This document shows, in pieces, positions 61,753-64,000 of a stretch of 64,000 bases of DNA. The notes under the pieces were generated by a model. That model did not search any database. It was given only the letters and a program-made list of their open reading frames with translations, and was not told the DNA's origin. The DNA comes from a candidate division FCPU426 bacterium (lineage in GTDB: Bacteria; Oederibacteriota; Muellerivitia; Muellerivitales; Muellerivitaceae). The DNA lies in contig CAWKAR010000013.1 in NCBI GenBank assembly GCA_963847625.1, positions 64,001 to 128,000 of the forward strand. The letters run 5' to 3'. How positions within the stretch are numbered: the first letter of the stretch is position 1; the number at the start of each line of letters is the position of its first letter. A program made the translations under genes and the position numbers.

Positions 61753-62583
61753 TTAGTTAAGGCCCAACTTTTCGGCCTTTGCTTCCATTGGGGTTTTTCC
61801 CCCCAAACTGCTGTGCGGTCTCTGCCAGTTATACACCTGCCTCCACCAATCCACGACTACCTGGGCCTCCGCTTTTGAAAGAAAAATTTCTTGGTTCAGG
61901 CACTCATCCCTAAACTTTCCGTTGAAACTTTCGATGAATCCATTCTGCCATGGACTCCCTGGTTCGATATATAGCACCTCTACGCCCTTCTCCTCAAGCC
62001 AGTTCCTCAGTTCTTTCGCCACGAACTCTGGCCCGTTGTCCACCCGCAGGCACTTTGGTGTCCCGTACTCCGTCATCAACTCGTCCAGCGTCTCCAGCAC
62101 GTCCCGGCTTCTCATTCGCTTCTCCGCCCGGATCTCCAAGCATTCCCTAAATCCTTCATCCAACACCGTCAAAAACTTCACCTTTCCCCCGAACCATGTC
62201 AGGTCATGCACGAAGTCCATCGTCCACACCTCGTTGGAACCCAAAGCCGGGTGGGGCCTTCTCCATTCCGTCGGAACCCTCTTCTTCCTGGGTCTCCTGC
62301 GCGGTAATTGAAGCCCTGCTACCTGGTAGAGCCTCTCCACCCGCTTGTGATTCACATCAAGGCCTCTGCGTTCCAACATCCACAACATCCGAGGGCTTCC
62401 GAAACGTCGGTTTCTTTGCGCTAACTTAACCATTTCCTGCAGGATCACCTGGTTCAACGGATCTTCTGGCTGGGCCTCATATCGAAAACTCGATCGATTT
62501 ACCCCAAGAACATCACAGGCTCGTCTTTCCGGTACTTCCTGAGCCTTCAGGGCTTCCACCATGCCTTTTTGCTCCTCGATCAA
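61753..62583 (-). CDS. IS3 transposase OrfB
   Basis: Identical translation to 35988-36818. Confidence 0.95.
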   Translation of the reverse strand: MIEEQKGMVEALKAQEVPERRACDVLGVNRSSFRYEAQPEDPLNQVILQEMVKLAQRNRRFGSPRMLWMLERRGLDVNHKRVERLYQVAGLQLPRRRPRKKRVPTEWRRPHPALGSNEVWTMDFVHDLTWFGGKVKFLTVLDEGFRECLEIRAEKRMRSRDVLETLDELMTEYGTPKCLRVDNGPEFVAKELRNWLEEKGVEVLYIEPGSPWQNGFIESFNGKFRDECLNQEIFLSKAEAQVVVDWWRQVYNWQRPHSSLGGKTPMEAKAEKLGLN

Positions 62584-62849
62584 TACCCCTTTTTTTTTAT
62601 GTGCTCTTGGAGAACCTGAATAGCCAGGGCCTGATCACCCGCTAACTGCTTGAGTTTCCGGTTTTCTTCTTCCAGCTGTTTGATGCGGTGGACTTCGGAA
62701 ACTCCAAGGCTTCCGTACATGCGTTTCCAGCGGTAGTAAGTCTGCTCGGAAATGCCATGCTTTCGGAGAACTTCCTCAACGGCGGGAGCTTTCTCCGCCT
62801 CGCGGAGAATAGCCACTATCTGCTCAGATAAAAACCGTTTCTTTGCCAT
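62580..62849 (-). CDS. IS3 transposase OrfA
   Basis: Identical translation to 35722-35991. Confidence 0.9.
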   Translation of the reverse strand: MAKKRFLSEQIVAILREAEKAPAVEEVLRKHGISEQTYYRWKRMYGSLGVSEVHRIKQLEEENRKLKQLAGDQALAIQVLQEHIKKKGY

Positions 62850-62915
62850 CTTTCCCCTCCCGATCTATAATCCAAAACTAACATATTTTTGGATCAGTTT
62901 TCGGGGGAAAGGTCA

Positions 62916-63505
62916 AGGTTACGGTCTTCCTTGACTGGTTTGGCGCGGCGAATGGCACGGACCCGGTGCTCAAGGCCGGTATTGCCCATTTCTGGTTCGT
63001 GACCATCCATCCGTTTGAGGATGGCAACGGCCGCATCAGCAGGGCGATAGCCGACATGGCGCTGGCACGGGCCGAGGATACGATTGAACGGTTTTACAGC
63101 ATGTCCACGCAAATCGAAGCTGAAAAAAAACAGTATTACTCGAACTTGGAGCAAAGCCAGAAGGGCGGAATGGATATAACCCCGTGGCTGGAGTGGTTCT
63201 TGGGTTGCCTCGGACGCGCCATCGCGGGATCGGAAGATAGTCTCGCGGGCGTCCTACGTAAAGCGAAAGTTTGGGAACGCGTCAACCGCCAGTCACCGGT
63301 AAACGAGAGACAGCGCAAGGTGATCAATCGGCTGCTGGATGGTTTTGAGGGTAAACTCTCCACGTCAAAATACGCCAAGCTTGCCCAATGTTCTGGTGAC
63401 ACGGCATTGAGGGATATTAAATTTTTGCTTGACCGGGGCATTCTCATCCAAGACGAGGGCGGAGGCCGGTCTACGAGTTACCGTTTGGCGGAGCCGGAAG
63501 AATAG
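62916..63505 (+). pseudogene. Fic-family protein, 5'-truncated by IS3
   Basis: HPFEDGNGRISR motif and C-terminal wHTH (DTALRDI...GGRSTSY); the frame begins abruptly at the IS end. Confidence 0.85.
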
Positions 63506-63794
63506 CCCATGCCATCCAACCACAATGCCACTTTTCCCGATTGTATCCATTAACTAAGGTGACTATACCTTCACGACACGTCAAGGGACGACCCTTCGGG
63601 TCGCCACTTGGGCGGAGCATGAACCCCGCCCAAGTACACGGCTAGGCCCCCAGGCAAACCCGGGGCCTTGGCGGCCGGTAAAGAAATTTTTTCCGCGGAC
63701 AACGACCGACGTGCTCCGCACGCGCCGATAACGGCTTAAAGTTTAGGGGCTTATATAGTTAACTTCCTCGACGAAAAGTAAAGATGTAGTTAGG

Positions 63795-63953
63795 TGTCAT
63801 TGTGAGGAGCGTCTTTCATTGGTTTTAGCGACAAAGCAACCTCAGTTAATGGGTATTAATACGCCGTCAAATTTGACTTGCCTGTTCCTTTAAGACGAAA
63901 ACCACCCATGAACTTTGGTTGCTTCGTCACAAAGTTCGTTCCTCGCAATGACA
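63795..63953. repeat. REP-like element with TGTCATTG(T/C)GAGGA terminal inverted repeats
   Basis: TGTCATTGTGAGGA ... TCCTCGCAATGACA. Confidence 0.6.
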
Positions 63954-64000
63954 AATAAACCCTCCAGCAAAAGGGAGTTAAGTAAGTAAATCCCATAGTT

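Larger units (their letters stand above)
61720..62915 (-). mobile_element. IS3-family insertion sequence, copy 2 (inverted, no target duplication)
   Basis: Same ends, length and proteins as 35656-36851; flanks CACT and AGGT differ. Confidence 0.95.

Noticed and set aside
35656..62915. Composite transposon or inversion bounded by the two IS3 copies
   Set aside because: Copy 1 keeps its own TTAC duplication and both halves of its target gene, so it is an independent insertion

Overview
Bacterial DNA, most likely from a diderm (two-membrane) lineage. The many Thr/Pro-stalk surface proteins and a PorV-like barrel suggest an uncultured non-Bacteroidota group, but taxonomy cannot be fixed from this window. 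1-12 kb: housekeeping genes (glgX, adk with an unusual basic tail, NAD kinase, MarC, cyclophilin) and a divergent trio that looks like a compact bacterial sphingolipid/ceramide pathway (Spt-like aminotransferase, GNAT-type acyltransferase, extended SDR). 12.7-31.2 kb: the main find. A CHASE2 adenylate cyclase is flanked by two paralogous modules, each with a giant (1,600-1,800 aa) stalked surface lipoprotein, a secreted FecR-domain protein and a ~400-aa outer-membrane beta-barrel. This is a candidate surface-to-cAMP trans-envelope signalling system. One giant gene has an IS30 inserted in its signal peptide; the other carries two single-base frameshifts. 31-44 kb: ABC-2 transporter, an IS3-disrupted membrane gene, nth with two extra copies of its 3' end, and an SBBP surface protein translationally coupled to a PorV-like/OmpA barrel. 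44.5-64 kb: a repeat-rich mosaic containing a heavily frameshifted RND permease, orphan genes bounded by a recurring TGTCCA..TGGACA hairpin, three type II toxin-antitoxin pairs, dispersed fragments of one OMP gene, irregular GGAAC/GAGAAC arrays, a second identical IS3 and a truncated Fic gene. No rRNA, intact tRNA, CRISPR array, integrase or reverse transcriptase was recognised. Some frameshifts and duplications may be long-read assembly errors. All calls come from reading the sequence and motif recall, not from database searches.
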